A stretch of DNA of 64,000 nt from the human T2T-CHM13v2.0 reference genome, Homo sapiens, in the NCBI RefSeq assembly GCF_009914755.1, contig NC_060935.1; one strand, given 5' to 3'. How positions within the stretch are numbered: the first letter of the stretch is position 1; the number at the start of each line of letters is the position of its first letter. The notes beneath the pieces are model-generated. The model worked only from the letters and a program-made list of their open reading frames with translations, ran no database searches and was not told the DNA's origin. A program made the position numbers and the translations under genes. Below, piece after piece: positions 1 through 19,378 of the stretch.

Positions 1-105
1 GGTTATAGTGAAGACTAAAGTAAATAAAGCATATAAAATGCTTAGCATCAATACTGACACATAATGAATGTTCAACAAAATCTAACTATTATGATTATGA
101 TTCTT
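1..105 (+). mobile_element. MIR SINE 3' fragment
   Basis: gtgaagactaaagtaaataaagcatataaaatgcttagca...acataatgaatgttcaacaaaa resembles the MIR 3' end; boundaries approximate. Confidence 0.6.
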
Positions 106-473
106 ATTATTTACTTAGATCTTCTTAATATAAATCTAATCTTCACTCAAATCTACTTGATTTGCCACTTTTCTTTGTCTTAATAGTATCTTAATTGGAA
201 TCTGCTCAGGTACTCTCTCGAGGATGAGATTTAAATAACCAAATTGTATTGTTCGTGTAGTTTGCATTTAAGCCTGGGAGGCCTGAGGCAGCAGTGTTGA
301 GGAAGCTTTTAAGTCACAGAGGAGAAAAAAGTGTGGCTTACTTTTGTACCAGTAAAACTGAAGACATGAAGAAAAATAATGAAGTCAGAACTTTAGAATT
401 CATGGAGCTAGTCCGAATAGATAATGAAATGTCGTAGGCAAATTTAGGATAGATGCTATAAATTGTGAGTGTA

Positions 474-956
474 TGTATATTAGTTATCTATTATCATGTA
501 ACAAATTACACAATAATTTCTGGCTTAAAACAACAAACTGTTACCTCTTAATTTTTATGTGTCAGAAATTCAGGAAGAGTTTACATGGGTGGCTTAGGCT
601 CAGAGTCTCTCATGAAGTTGCAGTCAAGCTGATGGCTAGGGCTATAGAATTCATTTCTAATCACTTGGCTGTGGGCAGGAGGCCTCAGTTCCTCATCATA
701 TGGGCCTCTTCACAGGGCTTCTTGAGTCTTTCCATGACACACTGGCTTCCCAAGAGCAAGTGATAAAAGAGAACCAGCAAGGTAGAAGGCATGATGCCTT
801 TTATCATCCAATATTGGAAATGACACACAATAATGTCCACTATATTTGCTAGAAGTGAGTCATTATGTCTGATCCCCACTCCATGGGAGGAAAATTAGAC
901 TCTACTCCTTCAGAGAAAGAGTATCAGCTTTTTGGACATATTTTAAAGCCACCACA
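474..956 (-). mobile_element. MaLR solo LTR, MLT1G/H-like
   Basis: tgtat..tagttatct start, ggcttaaaacaacaa, aggcctcagttcctc, ggcttccc and ccaccaca end match the reverse complement of older MLT1 LTRs; TG...CA termini. Confidence 0.75.
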
Positions 957-1314
957 CTGCCAAAGATATAGCCATCCAGGATTAAACAAGTCACGCTGCA
1001 ATGGACCATGACAAGAAAATTGCCTGACCAAACTAATAGTTATTTCTTTTTTTTTTTGGATTAATATCTGTTTTATTTTATTTAATTTTTATTTATTTTA
1101 TTTTTTTTACTATACTTTAAGTTTTAGGGTACATGTGCACAATGTGCAGGTTTGTTAACATATGTATACATGTGCAATGTTGGTGTGCTGCACCCATTAA
1201 CTCTTCATTTGACATTAGGTATATCTCCTAATGCTATCCCTCCCCCCTCTCCCCACCCCACAACAGGCCCCAGTGTGTGATGTTCCCCTTCCTGTGTCCA
1301 TGTGTTCTCATTGT

Positions 1315-4667
<3,353 letters not shown>

Positions 4668-5022
4668 TAAAAGTTATTTCTAATATTTGCTTAGTCTCCT
4701 TATATTCCTTCTTCTTTCCCTACTTTTTAATTTATTTTTCTTTCTTCTTAATAAAGGAGATCTAAATTTCTACTAGCATAAAGGAGATAGAAAAGGAGAG
4801 ACAAAATTGCAAAAAATAAAGCATTCGCACTGGGAAAATACAGGGACAATTCACCTAGTTTAGAAAGACAGCTGTTGTGTTCATAAAACTTTCCTAGGAT
4901 TAATAAGCATAATTAGTAATAAGTGATAGCAGTACTGTAACACAGAAACACACAGAAAAGGATTCTGTCTGTCCAGACAGGGGTTATTTTCTTAGCTACA
5001 CCAACCGGAACTATAGCCTCTT

Positions 5023-5414
5023 TGTATTAGTCTGAGTTTTCCAGAGAAATGGAACCAATTGGATATATATACATAAGGAGATTTATTATGGGAATTGCTT
5101 TATGCCATTATGGAGGCCCAAAAGTGCCAACATATGTCATATACCAGCTGAAGACTCAGAAAAGCCAGTGATATAATTCAATCCAAACCTAAAGACCTGC
5201 TTACACTTCCTCCATTGTTCTATTCAGGTGGTTCTTCAAAGGATTGGATAATGCACACCCACATTGGCAAGGGAATTTTCTTTACTAGGTCTATTGATTC
5301 AAATGCTAACCTCTTCCAGAAACACCTTCACAGGGACATTCAGAAATAATGTTTTACCAGCTATCTCGGTACCCCTTAACCCGGTGAAGTTGACACATAT
5401 AATTAAACATCATA
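5023..5414 (-). mobile_element. ERVL solo LTR, MLT2 family
   Basis: Reverse complement begins tatgatgtttaattatatgtgtcaactt...gatagctggtaaaacattatttctg, the MLT2 5' signature; tgtattagtc at the other end. Confidence 0.8.
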
Positions 5415-7282
5415 ATCCTTTTATTTGATTGAACAGTAATGTCCATTCTTTAGAAAGAGAAACTGGAGACTGTTGTTAAGAGTGCACTGTAGAGGCTTCA
5501 GTGACAAGTGTGGTTACTTTGTCCCTTTAGAATTACATAACAGTGAACCACAGCTCTGCAAAGAGTTTAACCCCATCCTGAGAAGGCTGCATATGTGTAT
5601 TTGGTTTCACAGTATTTATAGCTCTGTAGTTGCTTCTAGCTTTTGAATCCCCTGGAAATCTCCATCAAACTTGTGTCTTAAACCACATGAGAATTCTTTT
5701 CTCTCTGTTTCATGCTAAGCCATGTTTCTATATTAAATTGGGATGGTCCTACTCTTCCTACATACTCAGAACAGTCTAAAAACAAATGTTTTTTGCCAAG
5801 GGGAACTAACTGGGCAATCCATAAATTCAGTCTATTGGGAGTATTTGGAGAAGGAAGAAAAGAAGTGTAGAAAATCCCACTGACTGAGTAAAAGCCAAGG
5901 AGAATTCATGACCTCAAAAGACTATGGAGCTCAGACAACACCAGTAATTATGGATTCTAGTCGATTTTGAAAATTCGAGTGAGCTGACTTCCTGATGACT
6001 CTCACAGAAGGCAGCCATCACATTAAGAGGAAACTTGAACTGCAATCCCTCATTTTCTTTTCATTTTTATGAAAAAAAAAAAAAAAGTCAGCTTAATGGG
6101 AACTGATAAGAGAGCCAAATCACTGAAATATGAAAATCACAGAATTAGCATTTATCCAAATTCTTCAGTTGAGCCTATCATGGAAAGAGCTTGTTTAATC
6201 ACATCAAGTTGCTGCTTCTTGACTGTGGAGTTTCTTATGAGCTAAAACACCCCTTATTCTTATGGGCAAAAATTAATGACTTGACCAAAGAATCAGATTA
6301 GTGAAGCAAAGAGCCTTTGAAGATCTCCAGGAAAAACCTCCTCAAATTTTCAAGTTGTCATTCCATGAAACAAACTTCAGTACTAAATGCTTTGGAATTA
6401 GTCAGTCTAATGATTGCCTCCATGTCTCCTGTTCTCAGACACAAAATCCTGCTCTCTTAAAATGGTTTTGCATGAGGTCCTGGTCAGTTTGCATGGCCAC
6501 TATTCTCTTTCCCAATGAACTTTATGGAAGATAAATGATATCCACTGACTTTATAAGAAATAAGTGAAGTATGTCCATTGTTTTGTCTTTAAAGGCTGCT
6601 GTTATGGTGGGCTTCTCTCCGCCATTGTGGAGTCCAAAAGTTTTCTGGCATTTAGCTGATCTGTCTCACTTAAGAATTATTTAATTTTAATTCTCGGTTT
6701 TCTATGTGAAGATATAATATTTTCATGAGAAGTAAATTCTAATTGCACTGATCAGGTGTTTTATTCCCAAACTGCTATGCAGTTTTTGAATTATCATGTA
6801 AATTCTCTTTGTCCTGTTGAAAATTACTTGTTTACCCTGATCTTAGAAATGATCGCTTGGAGAGTAAAGATGGTAAAAGCTTTGGGTAGCATATATGAAA
6901 TATTAGTTTGGCAGAACTGAAGGGGAAACTTCAGTGTGCAATGAACAGCTATAGGTAGTAAAACTCTGCTGTGATTAATACATGCCAGGGTAGGTCACAA
7001 CATAGCAGAGTTCTGTGATCTCTTTCCATCACACCATGCTAAAACATCCAGCTCCTTCTACATCAACAGACTCAGAGATGTCACTCAACAATTCCAGATG
7101 TGATTTGTCTCAGCCTACTCTATTTCACTTAAAGCTGCATAGAAAATTTATTTGTTCCTCTGCTATCTATTTTTCCCCCTTCTTTGGCCTAATCCAATAT
7201 TTATAATTATTTTCAAAGTTCAATTTTTATCTTCTAAATTTATCTGTATATAAATATATTCATATATAAATGCACATACTGT

Positions 7283-7967
7283 AAAAGCAATCTTCATTAT
7301 TCATGGATTCCATATTTGAAAATTTGCCTACTTGTTAACATTTATTTGTAACTCCAAAATCAATATTTGTCCTTTCAAGGTCATTCACATACATGTATAG
7401 AGCATGGAAAAAATTGTCATGTAATATGCAAGTTCCCAGCTGAAAAAATTTGAGTCATATGACGTGCAAGTTCCCACACTGAACAAGGTGTTGCCCTGCT
7501 TTCTTGTTTTAGCCCTCACTCTGTAAATAAATGTCTTTCTCACGGTATATTTATTTAATGCCAAATTTTTGGAACTTTTGTGCCTTCTTTATTGGTGATT
7601 TTCCTGTTTAAATTGGGCCCAAGGTATAGTAGAGAAGTGCTGTCTAGTGTTCCTAAGTGCAAGAAGGCTGTAATGTGCCTATGAAGAGAATACATGTGTT
7701 AGGTGGTGTTTGTCAGGCAGGAGTTATAGCGCTGTTGGCCATAAGGTCAATATTAATGAATCAAAAATATATATTAAATAAGATATCTCTAAACAAAAAC
7801 ACACATAAGACAAGGTCAAATATTGATCAGTAGACAGTATATAACCAGAGTCTCATAGGAACCTAACCCTATATTTCCCCTAGGAACAATGGTTCCTAGC
7901 CTTCAGTAATTCAATATTCTTGGCTAATTTATAGAACATAACTACTTTGAATAACATTAATTGACTG
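7283..7967 (-). mobile_element. MER82 (TcMar-Tigger non-autonomous DNA transposon)
   Basis: gtgctgtctagtgttcctaagtgcaagaaggctgt, ggaacctaaccctatatttcccctagg and the terminal ttatagaacataactac...ttgactg match the MER82 reverse complement. Confidence 0.8.
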
Positions 7968-8284
7968 AACAGGAAGTTTATAATTACTTAAGTTTATAAA
8001 TACTTAAAATATAGGTATTAATGTGGAGTAGAGGAGGGAGATTGACCTAAGAGTCAAGAAGTGAGTATTTTAGCTACAGGCTCATAATTGACCTAATTAT
8101 TTTTCTACTCAGACTCAAGTACTACATTTCACTCAAAACCTGGTAAAACACAAAGAAAAAATATGTATACACATACATCAAAAAGAAATAGAGAGTTATA
8201 TTTAATGATCAACTTTCCTTCCTTCTTCTTTTGCTGCTTCTCCTCTAGTGTAGAGATTTAATTTCTAATAAATTATTATTAATT

Positions 8285-9603
8285 GGCAAGATGGCCAAAT
8301 AGAAACAGCTCCCATTTGCAGCTCCCAGTAAGACAAAATGCAGATGGGTGATTTCTGCATTTCCAACTGAAGTACTCAGTTCATCTCCTTGGGACTGGTT
8401 AGGCATTGGGTGCAACCCACGGAGACTGAACAAAGCAGGGTGGGGCTTCGCTTCACCTGGGAAGTACACGGAGCCAGGGGACCTCCCTTCCCCAGCCAAG
8501 GGAAGTGGTGAGGGACTGTGCTACCCACCACGGGTACTATGCTTTTCCCATGGATTTTTGCAATCCATGGATCAGGAGATTGCCTCATGAGCCTACACCA
8601 TCAGGGCCCTGGGTTTCAAGCACAAAACTGGGTGGCTGTTTGGGCAGGCACTGAGCTGCAGGAGTTTTTTCATACTCCAGCTGCACCTGGAAGTCCAGAG
8701 AGACAGGAGAACTGTCCAGTCCCCTGGAAAGTGGGCTGAAGCCAAGGAGCCAAGCGGTCTCGCTCAGCATGTCCCACTCCCCTGGAACCCAGCAAGCTAA
8801 GAACCACTCACTTGAAATTCTCACTGACAGCACAGCAGTCTGGAGTTGACCTGGGACTATTGGCTTGGTCGGGGGAGGGATGACTGACATTACTGTGGCT
8901 TTAGTAGACAGTTTTCCCCTGACAGTGCTAAGGAGACTGGGAGGTTCCGACTTTGCAGTGCAGCAAAGCAGCTGTGGCCAGACTGTTTCTTTAGATTTCT
9001 CCTCACTGGGCAAAGTATCTCTGCAGGAAATCCAGCAGCTCTAGTCACGTGCTTACAGACAAAACTCTCATCTCCCTGGGACAGAGCATCTGGCTTGTGG
9101 CAGGGGCGGTTGGCATCACAGCTTCAGCAGAGTTAATCTTTCCTGCCTGCCGGCTCTGAAAAGAGCGGCCGATTCTGACAAAGGGGATTCTCCCAGCACA
9201 GCGCACCAGTTCTGCTAAGGGACAGACTGCCTTCTTAAGTGGGTTCCTGACCCCTGTGCCTCCTGACTGGGAGAGAACTCCCAACAGGGGTGGACAGACA
9301 CCTCATACAGGAGAGCTCCAGCTGCCATCAGGCTGGTGCTTCTCTGGGATGAGGCTTCCAGAGGAAGGAGCACGCAGCAATCTTTGCTGTTCTGCAGCCT
9401 CCACTGGTGATACTCAGGCAAACAGAGTCTGAAGTGGGCATCCAACAAAGTGCAGTAGACTTGCAGAAGAGGGTCCTGACTGTTAGAAGAAAAACTAACA
9501 AACAGAAAGCAACAACAATGACATCAACAAAAAAGACCTCCCCACAAAAACCTCATCCAAAGGTCATCAGCCTCAAAGAGCAAAGGTAGATAAATCCACG
9601 AAG
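8285..9603 (+). promoter_or_regulatory. L1 5'UTR internal promoter remnant with YY1 site (caagatggcc, 8287-8296)
   Basis: Position at the L1 5' end; GC-rich but CpG-depleted; canonical L1 YY1 motif retained. Activity not shown. Confidence 0.6.
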
Positions 9604-10626
9604 ATGAGGACAAACAAGTGCAAAAACACTGAAAATTCCAAAAGCCAGATGGCTCTTCTTCTCCAAATGATCGCAACACCTCTTCTGGGAGGGTGCAAAG
9701 CTGGACACAGAATGAGATTTACAAATTGACAGAAGTAGGCTTCAGAAGGTGGGTAATAACAAACTCCTCTGAGCTAAAGGAGCATGTTCTAACCCAATAC
9801 AAAGAATCTAAGAGCATGAATAAAAGGTTACAGGAGCTGCTAACTAGAATAACCAGTTTAGAGAGAAACATAAATGACCTGATGGAGCTGAAAAACACAG
9901 CACGAGAACTTTGTGAAGCATACATAAGTGTCAATAGCTGAATCAATCAAGCAGAAGAAAGGGTATAGAGTTAGAAGACTACATTGCTGCAATAAGACAT
10001 GCAGACAAGATTAGGGAAAAAAGAATGCAAAGGAATGAACAAAACCTCCAAGAAATATGGGACTATGTGAAAAGACCAAACCTATGGTTGATTGGAGTAC
10101 CTGAAAGAGATGAGGAGAATGGAACCAAGTTGGAAAACATAGTTCAGGATATTATCCAGGAGAACTTCACCAACCTAGCAAGACAGGCCAACATTCAAGT
10201 TCAGGAAATAAAGAGAACACCACTAAGATACTCCACGAGAAGATCAACCCCAAGAAATATAATCATCAGACTCTCCAAGGTTGATATGAAGGAAAAAATG
10301 ACAAAGGCAGCAAGAGTGAAAGGTCAGGTCACCTACAAAGGGAAGCCCATCAGACTAACAGTGGATCTCTCAGCAGAAACCCTACAGGCCAGAAGAATGT
10401 GGGGGCCAATAGTCAACATTCTTAAAGAAAAGAGTTTTCACCCCAAATTTCATATCCGGCCAAACTAAGCTTCATAAGCGAAGGAGAAATAAAATCCTCT
10501 CCAGACAAGCAAATGCTAAGGGATTTTGTCACCATCAGGCCTGTCTTGCAGGAGCTCCTTAAGGAAGCACTAAATATGGAAAGGAAAAACTGGTACCAGC
10601 CACTGCAAAACCACACCACAATATAA
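9604..10626 (+). pseudogene. L1 ORF1p remnant
   Basis: ATG at 9604; peptides LQELLTRITSLERNINDLMELKN, QEIWDYVKRPNL, IIQENF and GKPIRLTVDLSAETLQARR; broken by frameshifts/stops. Confidence 0.9.
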
Positions 10627-10689
10627 AGACCAATGACACTATGAAGAAACTGCATCAACTAGTGTGCAAAATAACCAGCAAACATCATG

Positions 10690-14491
<3,802 letters not shown>

Positions 14492-14769
14492 ACAATGAGA
14501 ACACATGGACACAGGGAGGGGAACAATGCATACCAGGGGATGGGGAGCTAGGGGAGGGAGAACATTAGGACAAACACCTAATGCATACGGGGCTTAAAAC
14601 CTAGATGACAGGTTGATAGGTGCAGCAAACCACCATGGCACATGTATACCGATGTAACAAACCTGCATGTTTTGCACGTGTGTCCCGGAACTTAAAGTAA
14701 AAATCTTTTAAAAAGCCAAAAAATATTATTAATTGGATGTGATTTTGTTTTTGGGTTGTTTTGTGGAAA

Positions 14770-14975
14770 AAGAACTTATTCAGAGATAAATACTAAAATA
14801 TTTATACACAAATTGCTTTGATGTTTGGAATTTGCCTTAAAATAATTCAAAACGGTTAAGAAATGAAATGACCTGATACATGTTGGAGCTGGATGATGGA
14901 TACCTGAGGTCCTTTATTCTCTTATCTCTATTTTGTATACTTCTGAAATTTTCCACAGTAAAAAGTTGCAAAAAT
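14770..14975 (+). mobile_element. Old L1M (L1MC/ME-type) 3'UTR fragment
   Basis: gagctggatgatggatac...tattttgtatacttctgaaattttccacagtaaaaagtt is typical of ancient L1 3' ends. Confidence 0.55.
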
Positions 14976-15160
14976 GAGGAATAAAGTAAGAATTACCGTT
15001 CTTCTGTGCCAAAATCCATACTTGGAGGCTTATATGTGCTGTGTGTTTTAAATATACAGTTTTCATTCTTTTAAATCTTTCTATTATCTATTACATAGTA
15101 GCTTGTAACTACCATGAATAAATGTTTCCCATTTCTTATATGTTAAATATTTCTTCTATT

Positions 15161-15435
15161 TTTTTTTTTTTTTTTTTTTTGAGACGAAGTCACGCTATCT
15201 TGGCTCACTGCAAGCTCCACCCCCCGGGGTTCACACCATTCTCCTGCCTCAGCCTCCCAAGTAGCTGAGACTACAAGCGCCTGTCACCACGCCCAGCTAA
15301 TTTATTATTGTATTTTTAGTAGAGATGGGGTTTCACCGTGTTCACCAAGATGGTCTCTATCTCCTGACCTCGTGATCCGCCCGCCTCGGCCTCCCAAAGT
15401 GCTGGGATTACAGGCGTGAGGCACCGCGCCTGGCC
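15161..15435 (-). mobile_element. AluY-like element with ~30-bp internal deletion
   Basis: Poly-T head; gcaagctcc, ttcacaccattc and ctcctgacctcgtgatccgcc diagnostics; TSD a(a/t)tatttcttctatt at 15146-15160 and 15436-15450. Confidence 0.92.
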
Positions 15436-15498
15436 ATTATTTCTTCTATTCTTATGGTGTGTTCCATATACATTTTAAATATGTGTTTTCAGGATCCC

Positions 15499-15657
15499 TT
15501 TGATGGTTAATTTTATCTGTCAACATGACTGGGGTTAAAAATGCCCATATAGCTGGTAAAACATTATTTCTGGGTATGTCTGTGAGAGTGTTTTGGAAGA
15601 TATTAGAATTTAACTCATTCAATTAAGTAACAAAGTTCCCCTTCATCAAATGTGATC
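15499..15657 (+). mobile_element. MLT2 LTR 5' fragment
   Basis: tgatggttaattttatctgtcaacatgactggg...tagctggtaaaacattatttctgggtatgtctgtgagagtgttt; truncated on the right. Confidence 0.8.
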
Positions 15658-16499
15658 CCAGCGGTTGGGACTTTTGGTGATGAGGCACAAATGAACACAT
15701 TTCTGGAGTTAACATCTGAAAAGGAAAATGTCCACAATCACGTTTGGGCAAGACTTCAGAACTCAGATCTAGATACGGAAGACAGAAACATTCATAATGT
15801 AACGACGATTTCTTCTTGAAATAAATTTTATCATTTTTAAACTTAGAATTATGATATATTTGAGTCTGAAAAGGCCCTAGATATCCAGTTTTCTTATACT
15901 TTAAGAAAATTAATCCAAGAGAGAGAAAATAGATAAATATGAAGACCACATCTCCTAATTTCCAAACATAATCTCTTTCTCTTCCTCACATAGATTTATT
16001 TACAGCATGCTGAAGAATATATTAGAACTTCTAGGCAACTTGGAAGAAAGAATAAATGAATGTGCATAAACACGTACATGAACGCAGACACACTATGCAC
16101 ACAAACGCAGATTAATATAAGACATTTAAATTAACTAAAATGTTCCTCAACTTAAACCCCAAATAGGCATAGGTCAGCTGGAGATGGTTTTATCTAAATC
16201 TGTTTGCAAATCCATAATTAAATCCATGCACACTGGCAGCAACACAAAATATAACCCTATGGTATTACACTTGGTTAAGGATTAATTAGATTAAAAGCTT
16301 CTAAGACGAATTCATTGAGATAAGAAATGATAATTTGGGAGTCTACAAAACAGAATTCTTCTTACCATATTGCTTTTCTGAAGAAAGTTTTAATTACCTC
16401 TTTTTAGCCAAATATAGAAGTATCTTTTCAGCTTAAAATATCTACTGAGGGAAGAAAAAATTCTGTTGAGATTCAATATCTACTTAACACAGAAAAATA

Positions 16500-17900
16500 T
16501 TCTACCATGCAATTAAAACATTAAATATGAATAAGTGAAAGGCATACCATGACAGATGCTGTGAGTCAATGTAATACCCCTGTCTATTTTTCCAAAACTC
16601 AATCATCATTTGCTAACTTAGATGAATATTTCTTTTCAGGGGGAAAAAAAGAAAACCAACACCAAAAATAAAAACCGAAATACCTTAAGAAACTAATCTG
16701 CTTGTATTAAAATGAAGTGCTTCAGTATTAGCCAGTAATGAACTCCATTGTGCTTTAGACTTTAGAGTTTGCTTGTATTGCCACGTACTTAAGTTACAAA
16801 GGCCTCATAAACAGAGCAAAGTTAGGGAGAACTAGGATGGCACTGGTAGAGTGATAGAACTCAACAGAAAGTTACCAAAAAATTATAATTAAAACTCTAA
16901 TACATAATAACTGATATTTTAAACTAATCAAAAATAAAATTGTAGGTGTATGGATTTATGAAATTTTGAAAAAAAGGTGAGTCAAATTTTATACCATATA
17001 TCATAATCAATTTAAGATAAAATATACATTTGAAAAAATAAAGCCCCAAGTACTTTAGAATATATAGAGATTTTATTTTTATAATTTTGGGGGTAAGAAA
17101 GTCATGATAAACATTATACAAAGGAAGAAACAAACAAAATACTGATTGATTTGGCTGTTTAATGTGACTGCTTCATGTTCACAGGTAATAAATAAAATCA
17201 AAACTCAAAAAACAAAAAATGTAACCAATCAAATTTTTTTATGTGAATAACAGATGAAAAGTTTCTAAAATTATATAAACTTTTTAAATTTTCATACCTG
17301 TATGGGCAAAGATATGGGACAGCAATTTATAAATAAATAATTATTTAAGTAACAAACATTAAACAGGGGCTGATTGCAGTAGCTCATGCCTGTAACACTT
17401 TAGGAGGTCAAGGGAGGAGACTCACTTGAGGCTAGGAGTTCAAGACCAGCCTGTACAACACAGGGAGACCCTCCTTCCTAAAAAAAAAAAAAAAATTTTT
17501 TAATTAGCCAGGCATGGTAGCACACATCTACCATGTGGCCGAGACAGGAGGATTGTTTGAGCCCAGGAGTTGGAGGTTACAATGCTAGGATCACACCACT
17601 GTACTCCAGGCTGAGTGACGGAGTGAGACCCTGTCTCAATTAAGAAAACAAATGAACAATGTATCAACCTTGATAAGTAATCAGAAGATACAAATTAGGC
17701 AATCAAATATGATTTTCACCTATAAAATTGAAAAAAGAAAATTTACAATGTGAAGGGGAGTATAACCTACTAAACATTCTCATACACAGCTTACGGAAGT
17801 TGAAATTGACCCAACATTGTGGGGAGAGTGCTGTCAAAATATATACAAAATGTAATGTAAAGCTATTTTATTTTGGGATTTTTTTCAATAAAACAATGAA
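16500..17900 (+). mobile_element. Highly diverged L1M/L1ME ORF2-3' remnant, split by an Alu
   Basis: A-rich with residual L1 motifs (gggcaaagatatg, caaattaggcaatcaaatatgattttcacctat, cattctcatacacagc); boundaries approximate. Confidence 0.55.
17368..17650 (+). mobile_element. AluJ
   Basis: Diverged dimeric Alu with ggaggattgtttgagcccaggag and gagaccctgtctc (J-type); small deletions. Confidence 0.85.
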
Positions 17901-17924
17901 AATTATAATACATCAGAGCAAACA

Positions 17925-18062
17925 CTAATTTACTTATAATACTCTTACTGTGTGTCATGCACCATTCTTTGTACTTCACCTACATTAAATCCTTAACCTC
18001 AAGCCTAAGTTAAGTCCCATTATTATCACCCCATTTTACAGATAAGAAAAGAGAGACAGTGT
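17925..18062 (-). mobile_element. MIR
   Basis: attattatcaccccattttacagataagaaaa core. Confidence 0.65.
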
Positions 18063-18201
18063 GAGGAACAAGACACTGGTCTGCTGTTCCTTTTCTATTT
18101 GTTTTCCACTTCTAGCTCCAATTTAATTTTCCTGTTGTTCTAATTGTCCATAATTGATGATATTCAGCTATACTCAAAACAACTTTGTAAAAATGTAGAA
18201 C

Positions 18202-18275
18202 TATATATATATACACATATATGTGTGTGTATGTATAAATATATGTATCTGTGTATAATATATATGTTTATATAC
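18202..18275. repeat. Imperfect (TA)n/(TG)n microsatellite
   Basis: Directly visible. Confidence 0.8.
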
Positions 18276-18393
18276 CAATTGTTTGAATATCCCTGATTTT
18301 TACAATGTTCTTATAGCCAAGGAAACAAAGTATAGACTAGTTGTACATTTTGCCTAAGTTTTGACTTGTGAATCTGTTAGTTTTCTCCTAGAC

Positions 18394-19010
18394 CCAGTTT
18401 TGTGCTAGAGACAGCCAGTACCAATTCACGAGAGTCAGCAGTTAAATTTTCTTCAAAATTGAAAGCCATTATTTAAAACTAAGTTATATGAATTTAAAAA
18501 TAAATACAAGCGATAAATACTCAAAATTCATTATTGTATAATAATTTTATCATAATGTGATGATTATTTACATCTATTATCCCTGTGTAGTGGAATTATT
18601 TTATAATTGTGTCCCACTGCTCATCTTTTCTTAATTCTGAAGTCAGCTATGTCTTGTTGAGAGCTTGAAAATTGGTGTGGCAATAGCATTTTCATCAAAG
18701 TCATCAGTGAAGTCTACAAATCAGTGTGGGATTTATTGTTTTGTTAATTGTGTAGATTTTTAAAAGTGCTGAAGAAAATATTAATAAAGCAGAATAAATT
18801 TTAAAATGCACAATGTCTGTAGCCTTTACGTCATGAATAGCAAAAATAAATGGAGGAAATACTCCTCCAGCAGTTGAATTGTATTAATTAATGAGCAAAG
18901 AAGTCCCTCACTGTCATTGAAAAATGAGCGAAATTCCTACACAGGTCCTCATTGTTTCACTTCTGCATTACCCGTTAACATAAGCAAGATATCAACTAAA
19001 ATTGATAGAA
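18394..19010 (+). mobile_element. MER63 (C/D-like), hAT-Blackjack
   Basis: ccagttttgtgctagag...accaattcacgagagtcagcagttaaatttt and agcttgaaaattgg...ctacaaatcag resemble the MER63 consensus. Confidence 0.7.
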
Positions 19011-19184
19011 TTTTGCTCATTTTTCAGTTTCCATTTTCTGTAGTTTTTAAATGTCTTTTGGAGTTTTAAAACGTATTTAAGCGTAAGTTGTTCTGGTGGT
19101 AAATTCGACAAATATGGAACAGTATAAACAAAATAAAAATTACTCATAATATTTTATTATTTGGAATATTTAATTTTATACACA

Positions 19185-19378
19185 TATTACTTTAAAATAG
19201 AGATCCAATGTTAGTTTTGCAACTCAACCTTTGAGTTGCAAACCTTTGAGTTGCAAACCTTTGCAACTCAAAACTAACATTGGATCTTTATTTTTAAGTA
19301 ATACTTTATGGCATAAGAAAATACGTAATATGCCATGAACTGTTACTTCAAAATAAAGAGCCAATGTTAGTTCTGCAA
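19185..19378. repeat. Direct-inverted-direct triplication of a 35-bp unit with an internal 15-bp tandem/palindromic core
   Basis: Units at 19185-19219 (+), 19269-19303 (inverted) and 19341-19375 (+); aacctttgagttgca x2.5 at 19226-19263. Confidence 0.92.

Noticed and set aside
6610-6650. ctctccgccattgtgg, resembling a YY1 site or the start codon region of a processed pseudogene on the minus strand
   Set aside because: The reading frame closes after a few codons; no polyA, TSD or extended homology is recognisable.
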